Source: Escherichia coli (GTDB lineage Bacteria > Pseudomonadota > Gammaproteobacteria > Enterobacterales > Enterobacteriaceae). From it: a DNA stretch of 64,000 nt. The notes beneath the pieces were generated by a model that saw only the letters and a program-made list of their open reading frames with translations, searched no databases and was not told the DNA's origin. This document shows, one piece after another, positions 14,847-25,186 of this stretch (within the stretch, counting starts at the first letter, position 1; the number at the start of each line of letters is the position of its first letter). The stretch lies in NCBI RefSeq assembly GCF_003018115.1, contig NZ_CP027457.1. The stretch is one strand, 5' to 3'. The position numbers were made by a program, and so were the translations under genes.

Positions 14847-15545
14847 GTGATTTTTCAAAAGATTGCCCGCTTACTTAAATCCGAGATCAATGGCTATTCA
14901 TGGCATGTTGGTGATTTGTTGCCATCAGAAGCTGAACTCGCAGTTCGTTATAATGTTTCGCGTAATACCCTGCGTAAGGCATTATCCTTGCTGGAAGGCG
15001 AAGGAATTATTCACAGAAAGCATGGTTCAGGAACATACATTCAAAAAAAGAATTTTGTTGCACACATTGATCACATGAACAGTTTCAGTGAAATTGCGCA
15101 TAAAAGCGGCAAAGAGGCAGGGAGTCAGATTATGAAATTTGAAGTGCAGGATGCTTCACCTACTATTGCGACTGAGCTGAATTTAGTAACTGGTGAGCAG
15201 GTTTATTACATAAAGAGACTGCGATTCATTGAGGATAATGCAGCACAATTAGAAGAAACGTGGATGTCAGTGGCACGTTTTCCTGATTTAACCGTAGCAC
15301 ATATGCAAAAATCCAAATTTTCGTATATTGAGAACGAATGCGGGATCAAAATCATTGGCACCTTTGAAACTTTCTCCCCTACTTTTCCTACCCCAGAAAT
15401 CGCCAGTATTTTACGGATCAGCCCACGGGATCCCATACTTAAAATTCAGACCCAGGCTGTGGACAGTAACTCTGTTCCGCTGGATTATTCGTTACTTTAC
15501 AGCAATATTTTCGAGTTCCAGGTAAAGTACTTTTTCCCGCGATAA
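14847..15545 (+). CDS. GntR/HutC-family transcriptional regulator, divergent from the PTS operon (GTG start in track)
   Basis: N-terminal GntR winged HTH (SEAELAVRYNVSRNTLRKALSLLEGEGII) plus UTRA-like C-terminal domain. Confidence 0.8.
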   Translation: MIFQKIARLLKSEINGYSWHVGDLLPSEAELAVRYNVSRNTLRKALSLLEGEGIIHRKHGSGTYIQKKNFVAHIDHMNSFSEIAHKSGKEAGSQIMKFEVQDASPTIATELNLVTGEQVYYIKRLRFIEDNAAQLEETWMSVARFPDLTVAHMQKSKFSYIENECGIKIIGTFETFSPTFPTPEIASILRISPRDPILKIQTQAVDSNSVPLDYSLLYSNIFEFQVKYFFPR

Positions 15546-15588
15546 AGCAGACGCACAGAGTGCTGACATCACATTCTGTGCGTATGGT

Positions 15589-16488
15589 TTAGCCTCTAAC
15601 CTTTACCGCTTTACGCCACCGCAAGCCAAATACATTGATATACAGCCCGGTCATAATGAGCACCGCACCGAAAAATTGCAGACCCGTTAAGCGTTCATCC
15701 AACAATAGTGCCGCACTTGCCAGTCCGACTACAGGCACCAGTAACGATAACGGTGCAACCCGCCAGGTTTCATAGCGTCCAAGTAGTGTTCCCCAGATCC
15801 CATAACCAACAATTGTCGCCACAAAAGCCAGATACATCAGAGACAAGATAGTGGTCATATCGATAGTGACCAGACTGTGAATCATGGTTGCGGAACCATC
15901 GAGAATCAGCGAGGCAACAAAGAAGGGAATGATTGGGATTAATGCGCTCCAGATTACCAGCGACATCACCGCCGGACGCGTTGCGTGCGACATGATCTTT
16001 TTATTGAAGATGTTGCCACACGCCCAACTAAATGCTGCCGCCAGGGTCAACATAAAGCCGAGCATCGCCACATGCTGACCGTTCAGACTATCTTCGATTA
16101 ACACCAGTACGCCAAAAATCGCTAAGGCGATCCCCGCCAATTGTTTGCCATGCAGTCGCTCCCCGAAAGTAAACGCGCCAAGCACGATAGTAAAAAACGC
16201 CTGTGCCTGTAACACCAGCGAAGCCAGTCCAGCAGGCATACCAAAATTAATGGCGCAGAACAGAAAGGCAAACTGCGCAAAACTGATGGTTAATCCATAC
16301 CCCAGCAGCAAATTCAGTGGTACTTTCGGTCGTGCGACAAAAAAGATGGCCGGAAAAGCGACCAGCATAAAGCGCAAACCGGCCAGCATCAGCGGTGGCA
16401 TGTTATGAAGCCCCACTTTGATGACCACAAAATTTAGCCCCCATACGACCACTACCAGTATCGCCAACACCCCATCTTTTCGCGACAT
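15589..16488 (-). CDS. eamA: Cysteine/O-acetylserine exporter (DMT family)
   Basis: MSRKDGVLAILVVVVWGLNFVVIKVGL... 299 aa from internal ATG of the 306-aa ORF; two EamA repeats. Confidence 0.9.
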   Translation of the reverse strand: MSRKDGVLAILVVVVWGLNFVVIKVGLHNMPPLMLAGLRFMLVAFPAIFFVARPKVPLNLLLGYGLTISFAQFAFLFCAINFGMPAGLASLVLQAQAFFTIVLGAFTFGERLHGKQLAGIALAIFGVLVLIEDSLNGQHVAMLGFMLTLAAAFSWACGNIFNKKIMSHATRPAVMSLVIWSALIPIIPFFVASLILDGSATMIHSLVTIDMTTILSLMYLAFVATIVGYGIWGTLLGRYETWRVAPLSLLVPVVGLASAALLLDERLTGLQFFGAVLIMTGLYINVFGLRWRKAVKVRG

Positions 16489-16682
16489 TCTACCGCCTCT
16501 GAATTTCATCTTTTGTAAGCAATCAACTTAGCCGAATTTACTTTTCTTTAACAGTTGATTCGTTAGTCGCCGGTTACGACGGCATTAATGCGCAAATAAG
16601 TCGCTATACTTCGGATTTTTGCCATGCTATTTCTTTACATCTCTAAAACAATACATAACGAAACGCACTGCCGGACAGACAA

Positions 16683-17870
16683 ATGAACTTATCCCTACGA
16701 CGCTCTACCAGCGCCCTTCTTGCCTCGTCGTTGTTATTAACCATCGGACGCGGCGCTACGCTGCCATTTATGACCATTTACTTGAGTCGCCAGTACAGCC
16801 TGAGTGTCGATCTAATCGGTTATGCGATGACAATTGCGCTCACTATTGGCGTCGTTTTTAGCCTCGGTTTTGGTATCCTGGCGGATAAGTTCGACAAGAA
16901 ACGCTATATGTTACTGGCAATTACCGCCTTCGCCAGCGGTTTTATTGCCATTCCTTTAGTGAATAACGTGACGCTGGTGGTGCTCTTTTTTGCCCTCATT
17001 AACTGCGCCTATTCCGTTTTTGCTACCGTGTTGAAAGCCTGGTTTGCCGACAATCTTTCGTCCACCAGCAAAACGAAAATCTTCTCAATCAACTACACCA
17101 TGCTCAACATTGGCTGGACCATCGGTCCGCCGCTCGGCACGCTGTTGGTGATGCAGAGCATCAATCTGCCCTTTTGGCTGGCAGCTATCTGTTCCGCGTT
17201 TCCCATGCTTTTCATTCAAATTTGGGTAAAGCGCAGCGAGAAAATCATCGCCACGGAAACAGGCAGTGTCTGGTCGCCGAAAGTTTTATTACAAGATAAA
17301 GCACTGTTGTGGTTTACCTGCTCTGGCTTTCTGGCTTCTTTTGTTAGTGGCGCATTTGCTTCATGCATCTCACAATATGTGATGGTGATTGCTGATGGGG
17401 ATTTTGCCGAAAAGGTGGTCGCGGTTGTTCTTCCGGTGAATGCTGCCATGGTGGTTACGTTGCAATATTCCGTGGGCCGCCGACTTAACCCGGCTAACAT
17501 CCGCGCGCTGATGACAGCAGGCACCCTCTGTTTCGTCATCGGTCTGGTCGGTTTTATTTTTTCCGGCAACAGCCTGCTATTGTGGGGTATGTCAGCTGCG
17601 GTATTTACTGTCGGTGAAATCATTTATGCGCCGGGCGAGTATATGTTGATTGACCATATTGCGCCGCCAGGAATGAAAGCCAGCTATTTTTCCGCCCAGT
17701 CATTAGGCTGGTTGGGCGCAGCGGTAAATCCATTAGTGAGTGGTGTTGTACTTACCACTCTCCCGTCGTCTTCGCTGTTTATCATTCTGGCGTTAGTCAT
17801 CATTGCCGCGTGGGCGCTGATGTTAAAAGGTATTAACGCCAGACCCCAGAGGCAACCAGCACTCTGTTGA
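16683..17870 (+). CDS. ydeE: MFS transporter YdeE
   Basis: 395-aa 12-TM MFS protein at the expected position after eamA. Confidence 0.9.
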   Translation: MNLSLRRSTSALLASSLLLTIGRGATLPFMTIYLSRQYSLSVDLIGYAMTIALTIGVVFSLGFGILADKFDKKRYMLLAITAFASGFIAIPLVNNVTLVVLFFALINCAYSVFATVLKAWFADNLSSTSKTKIFSINYTMLNIGWTIGPPLGTLLVMQSINLPFWLAAICSAFPMLFIQIWVKRSEKIIATETGSVWSPKVLLQDKALLWFTCSGFLASFVSGAFASCISQYVMVIADGDFAEKVVAVVLPVNAAMVVTLQYSVGRRLNPANIRALMTAGTLCFVIGLVGFIFSGNSLLLWGMSAAVFTVGEIIYAPGEYMLIDHIAPPGMKASYFSAQSLGWLGAAVNPLVSGVVLTTLPSSSLFIILALVIIAAWALMLKGINARPQRQPALC

Positions 17871-17910
17871 CGTTCGTGCCGTTCCACTACTGGCACGGCT
17901 TCGCTAATCA

Positions 17911-18306
17911 TTATTCTGAGGCAAAGGCATAGCCTTCATCTTCCCAGCCGGTTATCCCGCCGAGCATGATTTTAACCGGCTTTCCGAGTCGAGCCAGTTT
18001 GAGTGCCGCACGGTCTGCACCGTTACAATGTGGCCCCGCGCAATACACCACAAATAGCGTATCGTCGGGCCATTCGGCCATTCTTTCTGCGGTCATTTGC
18101 TTATGGGGTAAATGGAGAGCGCCTGGGATATGCCGACGCGCGAAGTCCTCTTCACGTCCAACCACATGAAGTAAAACGAAATCATCGCCAATATAAGCCA
18201 GAGAGTCATGAACATCGGCGCAATCTGTTTCGACACTCAAGCGCGCGAGAAAATGCGCCTCAGCAACTTCTGGCTTCGCTGTGGTAAATTCAGTGACATA
18301 ACGCAT
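17911..18306 (-). CDS. Single-domain rhodanese-like sulfurtransferase
   Basis: 131-aa ORF with rhodanese active-site loop context (VVYCAGPHCNGADRAA). Confidence 0.75.
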   Translation of the reverse strand: MRYVTEFTTAKPEVAEAHFLARLSVETDCADVHDSLAYIGDDFVLLHVVGREEDFARRHIPGALHLPHKQMTAERMAEWPDDTLFVVYCAGPHCNGADRAALKLARLGKPVKIMLGGITGWEDEGYAFASE

Positions 18307-18379
18307 ATTGCTTTGTCCTTTTGGTTTGTTGTGTTAACAATAATGTAACTAATCTACCTTTCACTGACCGCCTCTCGAT

Positions 18380-19372
18380 ATGCCAGAAATGAGCAAAATG
18401 ATGACAACGTTACAACGTCCGCTGGTCATTGCACTGGCATATGACGGGCTATGTACTTTTGAATTTGGCGTTGCCGTTGAAATATTCGGCCTGCCACGAC
18501 CGGAACTGGGCGATAACTGGTATCGTTTTGCTGTTGCTGCGGTAGAACCTGGTGCGCTACAAGCCACCGGGGGGATCCACGTGGTTGCAGATGGTGGACT
18601 GGAGTTATTGCCCAACGCCGATATGATTATTATTCCTGGCTGGCGCGGAATAGATGCCAAAGTGCCGGAGATGCTATGCCAGTCATTGCGCGAGGCACAC
18701 CAGCGCGGTACTCGCCTGGTATCAATATGCTCTGGCGTGTTTGTCCTTGCTGCTGCGGGCCTTCTTCATCAGCGAAAAGCAACCACCCACTGGCGCTACA
18801 CTGAACAACTCCAGCACCGTTACCCTTCAATCAGCGTAAGTGATAATGTGTTATATCAGGATGAAGGACAAGTGATGACCTCCGCCGGAAGCGCCGCGGG
18901 GATCGATCTGTGTTTACATATCGTGCGCAAAGATTTTGGTCATGAGATTGCTAATAATGTCGCCCGGCGACTGGTCATTCAGCCACATCGCCAGGGGGAT
19001 CAACCACAAAATCTGACGCGCCCAATGGCCTCACCGCGTGAAAGCCAGACGTTAGGTGCCTTATTCGACTTTTTGCAGCAGAATCTGGCACAAACACATA
19101 CTGTGTCTTCCCTCGCCGAACGGGTAAATATGAGTCCGCGCACTTTTTTAAGACGTTTTGAGGCGTTAACTGGCATGACGCCCGCCCGCTGGCTGCTCAA
19201 TGAGCGCTTAATACGAGTACAGGATTATCTGCAAAATTCGGTTTTTAACATCGAGAAAATTGCCGAGCTGACGGGTTTTGGCAATTCAGCGTTATTGCGT
19301 CATCACTTTCACCAACGTTTTTTATTATCTCCTTCGCAATATCGCAAAAACAGCCGTTCCCCATCACAATAA
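18380..19372 (+). CDS. AraC-family regulator with N-terminal DJ-1/PfpI (class I glutamine amidotransferase-like) domain
   Basis: N-terminal DJ-1/PfpI fold with nucleophile-elbow Cys (RLVSICSGVFVLAAAGLL); C-terminal AraC HTH (SLAERVNMSPRTFLRRFEALTGMTPARWL...). Exact start among several N-terminal Met uncertain. Confidence 0.75.
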   Translation: MPEMSKMMTTLQRPLVIALAYDGLCTFEFGVAVEIFGLPRPELGDNWYRFAVAAVEPGALQATGGIHVVADGGLELLPNADMIIIPGWRGIDAKVPEMLCQSLREAHQRGTRLVSICSGVFVLAAAGLLHQRKATTHWRYTEQLQHRYPSISVSDNVLYQDEGQVMTSAGSAAGIDLCLHIVRKDFGHEIANNVARRLVIQPHRQGDQPQNLTRPMASPRESQTLGALFDFLQQNLAQTHTVSSLAERVNMSPRTFLRRFEALTGMTPARWLLNERLIRVQDYLQNSVFNIEKIAELTGFGNSALLRHHFHQRFLLSPSQYRKNSRSPSQ

Positions 19373-19479
19373 TCGCCTGATTCAGCCTTTGTTTAGATAA
19401 CCTCTGCTAATATCTTTCTCATTGAGATAAAAATTAAGGTAAGCGAGGAAACACACCACACCATAAACGGAGGCAAATA

Positions 19480-19575
19480 ATGCTGGGTAATATGAATGTT
19501 TTTATGGCCATACTGGGAATAATTTTATTTTCTGGTTTTCTGGCCGCGTATTTCAGCCACAAATGGGATGACTAA
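19480..19575 (+). CDS. mgtS: Small membrane protein MgtS (YneM), 31 aa
   Basis: Translation MLGNMNVFMAILGIILFSGFLAAYFSHKWDD; below the ORF-track size cutoff; GGAGG RBS upstream. Confidence 0.85.
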   Translation: MLGNMNVFMAILGIILFSGFLAAYFSHKWDD

Positions 19576-19602
19576 TGAACGGAGATAATCCCTCACCTAA
19601 CC

Positions 19603-19642
19603 GGCCCCTTGTTACAGTTGTGTACAAGGGGCCTGATTTTTA
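19603..19642 (+). terminator. Rho-independent terminator downstream of mgtS
   Basis: GC-rich hairpin GGCCCCTTGT...ACAAGGGGCC followed by TGATTTTTA. Confidence 0.6.
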
Positions 19643-19650
19643 TGACGGCG

Positions 19651-19755
19651 AAAAAAAACCGCCAGTAAACCGGCGGTGAATGCTTGCATGGATAGATTTG
19701 TGTTTTGCTTTTACGCTAACAGGCATTTTCCTGCACTGATAACGGATCGTTGACA
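19651..19755 (-). ncRNA. mgrR: Candidate PhoP-dependent sRNA MgrR; boundaries approximate
   Basis: Minus-strand PhoP-box-like direct repeat aGTTTAagctccGTTTAa at plus 19781-19800, then about 100 nt to a minus-strand terminator (CCGCC...GGCGG plus T8, plus 19651-19676). Sequence identity not verified from memory. Confidence 0.45.
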
Positions 19756-19793
19756 CAGTAGCATCAGTTTTCTCAATGAATGTTAAACGGAGC

Positions 19794-20684
19794 TTAAACT
19801 CGGTTAATCACATTTTGTTCGTCAATAAACATGCAGCGATTTCTTCCGGTTTGCTTACCCTCATACATTGCCCGGTCCGCTCTTCCAATGACCACATCCA
19901 GAGGCTCTTCAGGAAATGCGCGACTCACACCTGCTGTCACGGTAATGTTGATATGCCCTTCAGAATGTGAGATGGCATGGTTATCGACTAACTGGCAAAT
20001 TCTGACACCTGCACGACATGCTTCTTCATCATTAGCCGCTTTGACAATAATGATAAATTCTTCGCCCCCGTAGCGATAAACCGTTTCGTAATCACGCGTC
20101 CAACTGGCTAAGTAAGTTGCCAGGGTGCGTAATACTACATCGCCGATTAAATGCCCGTAGGTATCATTAACCAATTTAAATCGGTCAATATCCAACAACA
20201 TTAAATAAAGATTCAGAGGCTCAGTGTTGCGTAACTGATGATCAAAGGATTCATCAAGAACCCGACGCCCCGGCAATCCCGTCAAAACATCCATATTGCT
20301 ACGGATCGTCAGCAAATAAATTTTGTAATCGGTTAATGCCGCAGTAAAAGAAAGTAACCCTTCCTGAAAAGCGGCGAAATGCGCGTCCTGCCAGTGATTT
20401 TCAACAATAGCCAGCATTAATTCCCGACCACAGTTATGCATATGTTGATGGGCAGAATCCATTAGCCGAACGTAAGGTAATTCATCGTTATCGAGTGGCC
20501 CCAGATGATCAATCCACCGACCAAACTGGCACAGTCCATAAGAATGGTTATCCGTTATTTCTGGCTTACTGGCATCTCTCGCGACCACGCTGTGAAACAT
20601 ACTCACCAGCCACTGGTAGTGGGCATCGATAGCCTTATTGAGATTTAACAAGATGGCATCAATTTCCGTTGTCTTCTTGATCAT
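19794..20684 (-). CDS. dgcZ: Zinc-regulated diguanylate cyclase (CZB + GGDEF)
   Basis: MIKKTTEIDAILLNLNKAIDAHYQWL... with GGEEF motif (RYGGEEFIIIV); 296 aa from internal ATG. Confidence 0.9.
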   Translation of the reverse strand: MIKKTTEIDAILLNLNKAIDAHYQWLVSMFHSVVARDASKPEITDNHSYGLCQFGRWIDHLGPLDNDELPYVRLMDSAHQHMHNCGRELMLAIVENHWQDAHFAAFQEGLLSFTAALTDYKIYLLTIRSNMDVLTGLPGRRVLDESFDHQLRNTEPLNLYLMLLDIDRFKLVNDTYGHLIGDVVLRTLATYLASWTRDYETVYRYGGEEFIIIVKAANDEEACRAGVRICQLVDNHAISHSEGHINITVTAGVSRAFPEEPLDVVIGRADRAMYEGKQTGRNRCMFIDEQNVINRV

Positions 20685-20938
20685 TGCCACTCCTTTTTCA
20701 CAGTTCCTTGTGCGCGTTATTCTAACGAGAGAAAAGCAAAATTACGTCAATATTTTCATAGAAATCCGAAGTTATGAGTCATATCTGAGATAACATTGTG
20801 ATTTAAAACAAAATCAGCGGATAAAAAAGTGTTTAATTCTGTAAATTACCTCTGCATTATCGTAAATAAAAGGATGACAAAAAGCATAACCCAATACCCT
20901 AATGGCCCAGTAGTTCAGGCCATCAGGCTAATTTATTT

Positions 20939-21331
20939 TTATTTCTGCAAATGAGTGACCCGAACGACGGCCGGCGCGCTTTTCTTATCCAGACTGCCGC
21001 TAATGTTGATCATCTGGTCCGGCTGAACTTCTCGTCCATCAAAAACGGCCGCAGGAATAACAACATTAATTTCACCGCTCTTATCGCGAAAAACGTAACG
21101 GTCCTCTCCTTTGTGAGAAATCAAATTACCGCGTAGTGAAACCGAAGCGCCATCGTGCATGGTTTTTGCGAAATCAACGGTCATTTTTTTTGCATCATCG
21201 GTTCCGCGATAGCCATCTTCTATTGCATGAGGCGGCGGTGGCGCTGCATCCTGTTTTAAACCGCCCTGGTCATCTGCCAACGCATAAGGCATGACAAGAA
21301 AACTTGCTAATACAATGGCCTGAAATTTCAT
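20939..21331 (-). CDS. ydeI: BOF/OB-fold periplasmic stress protein YdeI
   Basis: 130-aa ORF with signal peptide; YgiW/YdeI family. Confidence 0.85.
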
Positions 21332-21606
21332 ACTAACTCCTTAATTGCGTTTGGTTTGACTTATTAAGTCTGGTTGCTATTTTTATAATTGCCAAATAAG
21401 AATACTGCCAATTGTTATAAGGCATTTAAAATCAGCCAACTAGCTGTCAAATATTCAGAGAATTTAACTCACTAAAGTTAAGAAGATTGAAGAGTCTTAA
21501 ACATATTTTCAGCATAATCGGATTTATATGTTTGAAAATTATTATATTGGACGAGCATACAGAAAAAGCAAATCACCTTTACATATAATAGCGTGGACAA
21601 AAAACA

Positions 21607-22125
21607 GTGAACATTAATAAAGATAAAATTGTACAACTTGCAGATACCGACACTATTGAAAACCTGACATCCGCGTTGAGTCAAAGACTTATCGCGGATC
21701 AATTACGCTTAACTACCGCCGAATCATGCACCGGCGGTAAGTTGGCTAGCGCCCTGTGTGCAGCTGAAGATACACCCAAATTTTACGGTGCAGGCTTTGT
21801 TACTTTCACCGATCAGGCAAAGATGAAAATCCTCAGCGTAAGCCAGCAATCTCTTGAACGATATTCTGCGGTGAGTGAGAAAGTGGCAGCAGAAATGGCA
21901 ACCGGTGCCATAGAGCGTGCGGATGCTGATGTCAGTATTGCCATTACCGGCTACGGCGGACCGGAGGGCGGTGAAGATGGTACGCCAGCGGGTACCGTCT
22001 GGTTCGCGTGGCATATTAAAGGCCAGAACTACACTGCGGTTATGCATTTTGCTGGCGACTGCGAAACGGTATTAGCTATAGCGGTGAGGTTTGCCCTCGC
22101 CCAGCTGCTGCAATTACTACTATAA
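21607..22125 (+). CDS. ydeJ: CinA-C-terminal-domain (PncC-like) protein YdeJ
   Basis: 172-aa ORF with CinA C-terminal motifs (TAESCTGGKLA). Confidence 0.85.
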   Translation: MNINKDKIVQLADTDTIENLTSALSQRLIADQLRLTTAESCTGGKLASALCAAEDTPKFYGAGFVTFTDQAKMKILSVSQQSLERYSAVSEKVAAEMATGAIERADADVSIAITGYGGPEGGEDGTPAGTVWFAWHIKGQNYTAVMHFAGDCETVLAIAVRFALAQLLQLLL

Positions 22126-22169
22126 CCAGGCTGGACTGGCGATATCTCCAGTCCAGCCATTGGTGGTGT

Positions 22170-24215
22170 TTATATGTTCAAGCCACGATGTTGCAGCATC
22201 GGCATAATCTGAGGTGCCTTACCGCGCCATTGTCGATACAGGCGTTCCAGATCTTCGCTGTTACCTCTGGAAAGGATCGCCTCGCGAAAACGCAGCCCAT
22301 TTTCACGCGTTAATCCGCCCTGCTCAACAAACCACTGATAACCATCATCGGCCAACATTTGCGTCCACAGATAAGCGTAATAACCTGCGGCATATCCGCC
22401 ACCAAAAATATGGGCGAAATAACTGCTGCGATAGCGTGGCGGTATAGCAGGAAGATCCATATTTTCCGCCACCAGCGCCCGCAATTCGAAATCATCGACA
22501 TCCTGCATTGCTTCGTTTTCTTCCAGGCAATGCCAGCGCATATCGAGAAGTGCGGCGCTAAGCAGTTCGCTCATCTCATACCCTTTGTTGAACAGGCTGG
22601 CATTACGCATTTTCTGTTGCAGTTCGTCAGGCATTGCTGCCCCGCTCTGATAATGCCGGGCGTAGCGAGCGAATACCTGCGGATGCGTTGCCCAGTGTTC
22701 GTTGATTTGCGAAGGAAATTCGACAAAATCACGCGGCGTGTTGGTACCGGAAAGCGTGGCATAACGCTGGCGGGCAAAAAGGCCGTGCAGTGTATGACCA
22801 AATTCATGGAATAAGGTTATGACATCATCCCAGAGTAACAACGCAGGCTCACCGGCAGCAGGTTTCTGATAATTGCAGACGTTATAAATTACCGGATGCG
22901 TTTCATTAAGCGTTGATTGCTCAACAAAATTGCCCATCCATGCACCGCCGCTTTTTGAATCACGGGCGAAGAAATCACCGTAAAATAACGCCAGCCCCAC
23001 GCCATTATGATCAAATATTTCCCACACACGAACGTCAGGATGGTAGACAGGAATATCAAAACGTTCGACAAACTTAATACCGAAGAGCTGATTCGCGGTC
23101 CAGAATACACCTTCATTCAACACCGTGTTTAATTCAAAATATGGCTTGAGCTGCGCCTCATCAAGATCAAATTTCTCCCGCCGGACCTGTTCGGCATAAA
23201 ATGCCCAGTCCCACGGCTGCGCGCTAAACCCGCCCTGCTGCTTATCGATAACCGCCTGTATGGAGGCTAATTCATCGCTCGCACGTTGACGCGCCGCTGG
23301 AACAATTTCCCGCATAAAGTTAAGTGCTGCTTCAGGTGTTTTTGCCATCTGATCGGCGATTTTCCATGCGGCATAATGAGGAAAACCGAGTAATGTAGCC
23401 TGTTGTGCACGGATCTCCACCAGACGTTGAATGATAGCGCGGGTATCATTGGCATCACTTTTTTCCGCTCGCGTCCAGCCCGCAATAAACAGTTGTTCTC
23501 GCGTCGCACGATCGCGCATTTCGGCAAGCGCCGGTTGTTGGGTGGTATTCAGCAGCGGAATCAGCCATTTGTTATCCAGACCTTTCTCGCGAGCCGCCTC
23601 TGCCGCCAGCGCAATCTCTTGCTCACTCATTCCTGCCAGCTGCGCGATATCGTTCACAACCAGACCGCCGGATTTATTTGCTGCCAGTAATCGCTGGTTA
23701 AACTGACTGGTCAGTGTCGCAGCTTCTGTATTCAGTACTTTTAATTTTGCTTTATCAGCTTGCGCAAGTTTGGCTCCGGCAAGGACAAAACGTTGATGAA
23801 TCACCTCCACCAGGCGGATGGATTCACTATCAAGCCCCAGAGATTCACGGCGTTGCCAGACAGCATCTACCCGCGCGAATAATTCACCGTTCAGATAGAT
23901 ATCATTAGCCAGTTCCGCCAGTTCAGCGGAAAACTGCTCGTCAAGACGCTGTAATTCATCATTGGTATGCGCCGCAGTCATCGCAAAAAAGACGCTGGTA
24001 ACGCGGGTAAGTAATTCTCCGCTTTGTTCCAGTGCCAGAATAGTATTGTTGAAATCAGGTGTTTGCGGGTTAAGCGCGATGGCAGCAATTTCTGCCCGCT
24101 TTTGCTGTATTCCCTCATCGAATGCCGGGCGATAGTGATGATTGGCAATTTGATCAAAATGAGGAGCCAGATACGGCAGTGTGCTTTGCACAAGGAAAGG
24201 ATTAATTGTTGTCAT
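22170..24215 (-). CDS. dcp: Dipeptidyl carboxypeptidase II (M3 family metallopeptidase)
   Basis: MTTINPFLVQSTLPYLAPHFDQI... 681 aa from internal ATG; HEFGH zinc motif present. Confidence 0.9.
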   Translation of the reverse strand: MTTINPFLVQSTLPYLAPHFDQIANHHYRPAFDEGIQQKRAEIAAIALNPQTPDFNNTILALEQSGELLTRVTSVFFAMTAAHTNDELQRLDEQFSAELAELANDIYLNGELFARVDAVWQRRESLGLDSESIRLVEVIHQRFVLAGAKLAQADKAKLKVLNTEAATLTSQFNQRLLAANKSGGLVVNDIAQLAGMSEQEIALAAEAAREKGLDNKWLIPLLNTTQQPALAEMRDRATREQLFIAGWTRAEKSDANDTRAIIQRLVEIRAQQATLLGFPHYAAWKIADQMAKTPEAALNFMREIVPAARQRASDELASIQAVIDKQQGGFSAQPWDWAFYAEQVRREKFDLDEAQLKPYFELNTVLNEGVFWTANQLFGIKFVERFDIPVYHPDVRVWEIFDHNGVGLALFYGDFFARDSKSGGAWMGNFVEQSTLNETHPVIYNVCNYQKPAAGEPALLLWDDVITLFHEFGHTLHGLFARQRYATLSGTNTPRDFVEFPSQINEHWATHPQVFARYARHYQSGAAMPDELQQKMRNASLFNKGYEMSELLSAALLDMRWHCLEENEAMQDVDDFELRALVAENMDLPAIPPRYRSSYFAHIFGGGYAAGYYAYLWTQMLADDGYQWFVEQGGLTRENGLRFREAILSRGNSEDLERLYRQWRGKAPQIMPMLQHRGLNI

Positions 24216-24351
24216 TTTCTTCTCCTGAACGCGAGGTGTTCCATAGCGTAGGCTTACTGATAACGGAGTGCAATCTTGCAAACCAGTATTACCCGCTCTT
24301 AAGCATCACGTGCTATGTTATTGACACACAAAAGCGTTGAGGAACAGTGAG

Positions 24352-25098
24352 ATGATCGTTTTAGTAACTGGAGCAACGGCAGGTTTTGGTGAATGCATTA
24401 CTCGTCGTTTTATTCAACAAGGGCATAAAGTTATCGCCACTGGCCGTCGCCAGGAACGGTTGCAGGAGTTAAAAGACGAACTGGGAGATAATCTGTATAT
24501 CGCCCAACTGGACGTTCGCAACCGCGCCGCTATTGAAGAGATGCTGGCATCGCTCCCTGCCGAGTGGAGCAATATTGATATCCTGGTAAATAATGCCGGC
24601 CTGGCGTTGGGCATGGAGCCTGCGCATAAAGCCAGCGTTGAAGACTGGGAAACGATGATTGATACCAACAATAAAGGCCTGGTATATATGACGCGCGCCG
24701 TCTTACCGGGTATGGTTGAACGTAATCATGGTCATATTATTAACATTGGCTCAACGGCAGGTAGCTGGCCATATGCCGGTGGTAACGTTTACGGTGCGAC
24801 GAAAGCGTTTGTTCGTCAGTTTAGCCTGAATCTGCGTACGGATCTGCATGGTACGGCGGTGCGCGTCACCGACATCGAACCGGGTCTGGTGGGTGGCACC
24901 GAGTTTTCCAATGTCCGCTTTAAAGGCGATGACGGTAAAGCGGAAAAAACCTATCAAAATACCGTTGCATTAACGCCAGAAGATGTCAGCGAAGCCGTCT
25001 GGTGGGTGTCAACGCTGCCTGCTCACGTCAATATCAATACCCTGGAAATGATGCCGGTTACCCAAAGCTATGCCGGGCTGAATGTCCACCGTCAGTAA
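24352..25098 (+). CDS. ydfG: NADP-dependent 3-hydroxy acid (L-allo-threonine) dehydrogenase, SDR family
   Basis: MIVLVTGATAGFGECITRRF...; SDR glycine motif and YxxxK (YGATK); 248 aa. Confidence 0.9.
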   Translation: MIVLVTGATAGFGECITRRFIQQGHKVIATGRRQERLQELKDELGDNLYIAQLDVRNRAAIEEMLASLPAEWSNIDILVNNAGLALGMEPAHKASVEDWETMIDTNNKGLVYMTRAVLPGMVERNHGHIINIGSTAGSWPYAGGNVYGATKAFVRQFSLNLRTDLHGTAVRVTDIEPGLVGGTEFSNVRFKGDDGKAEKTYQNTVALTPEDVSEAVWWVSTLPAHVNINTLEMMPVTQSYAGLNVHRQ

Positions 25099-25186
25099 TT
25101 TTTATACCCGGCGTAACTGCCGGGTTATTGCTTGTCATAAAAAAGTGGTAGACTCATGCAGTTAACTCACTCACAAGCAAGAACGA

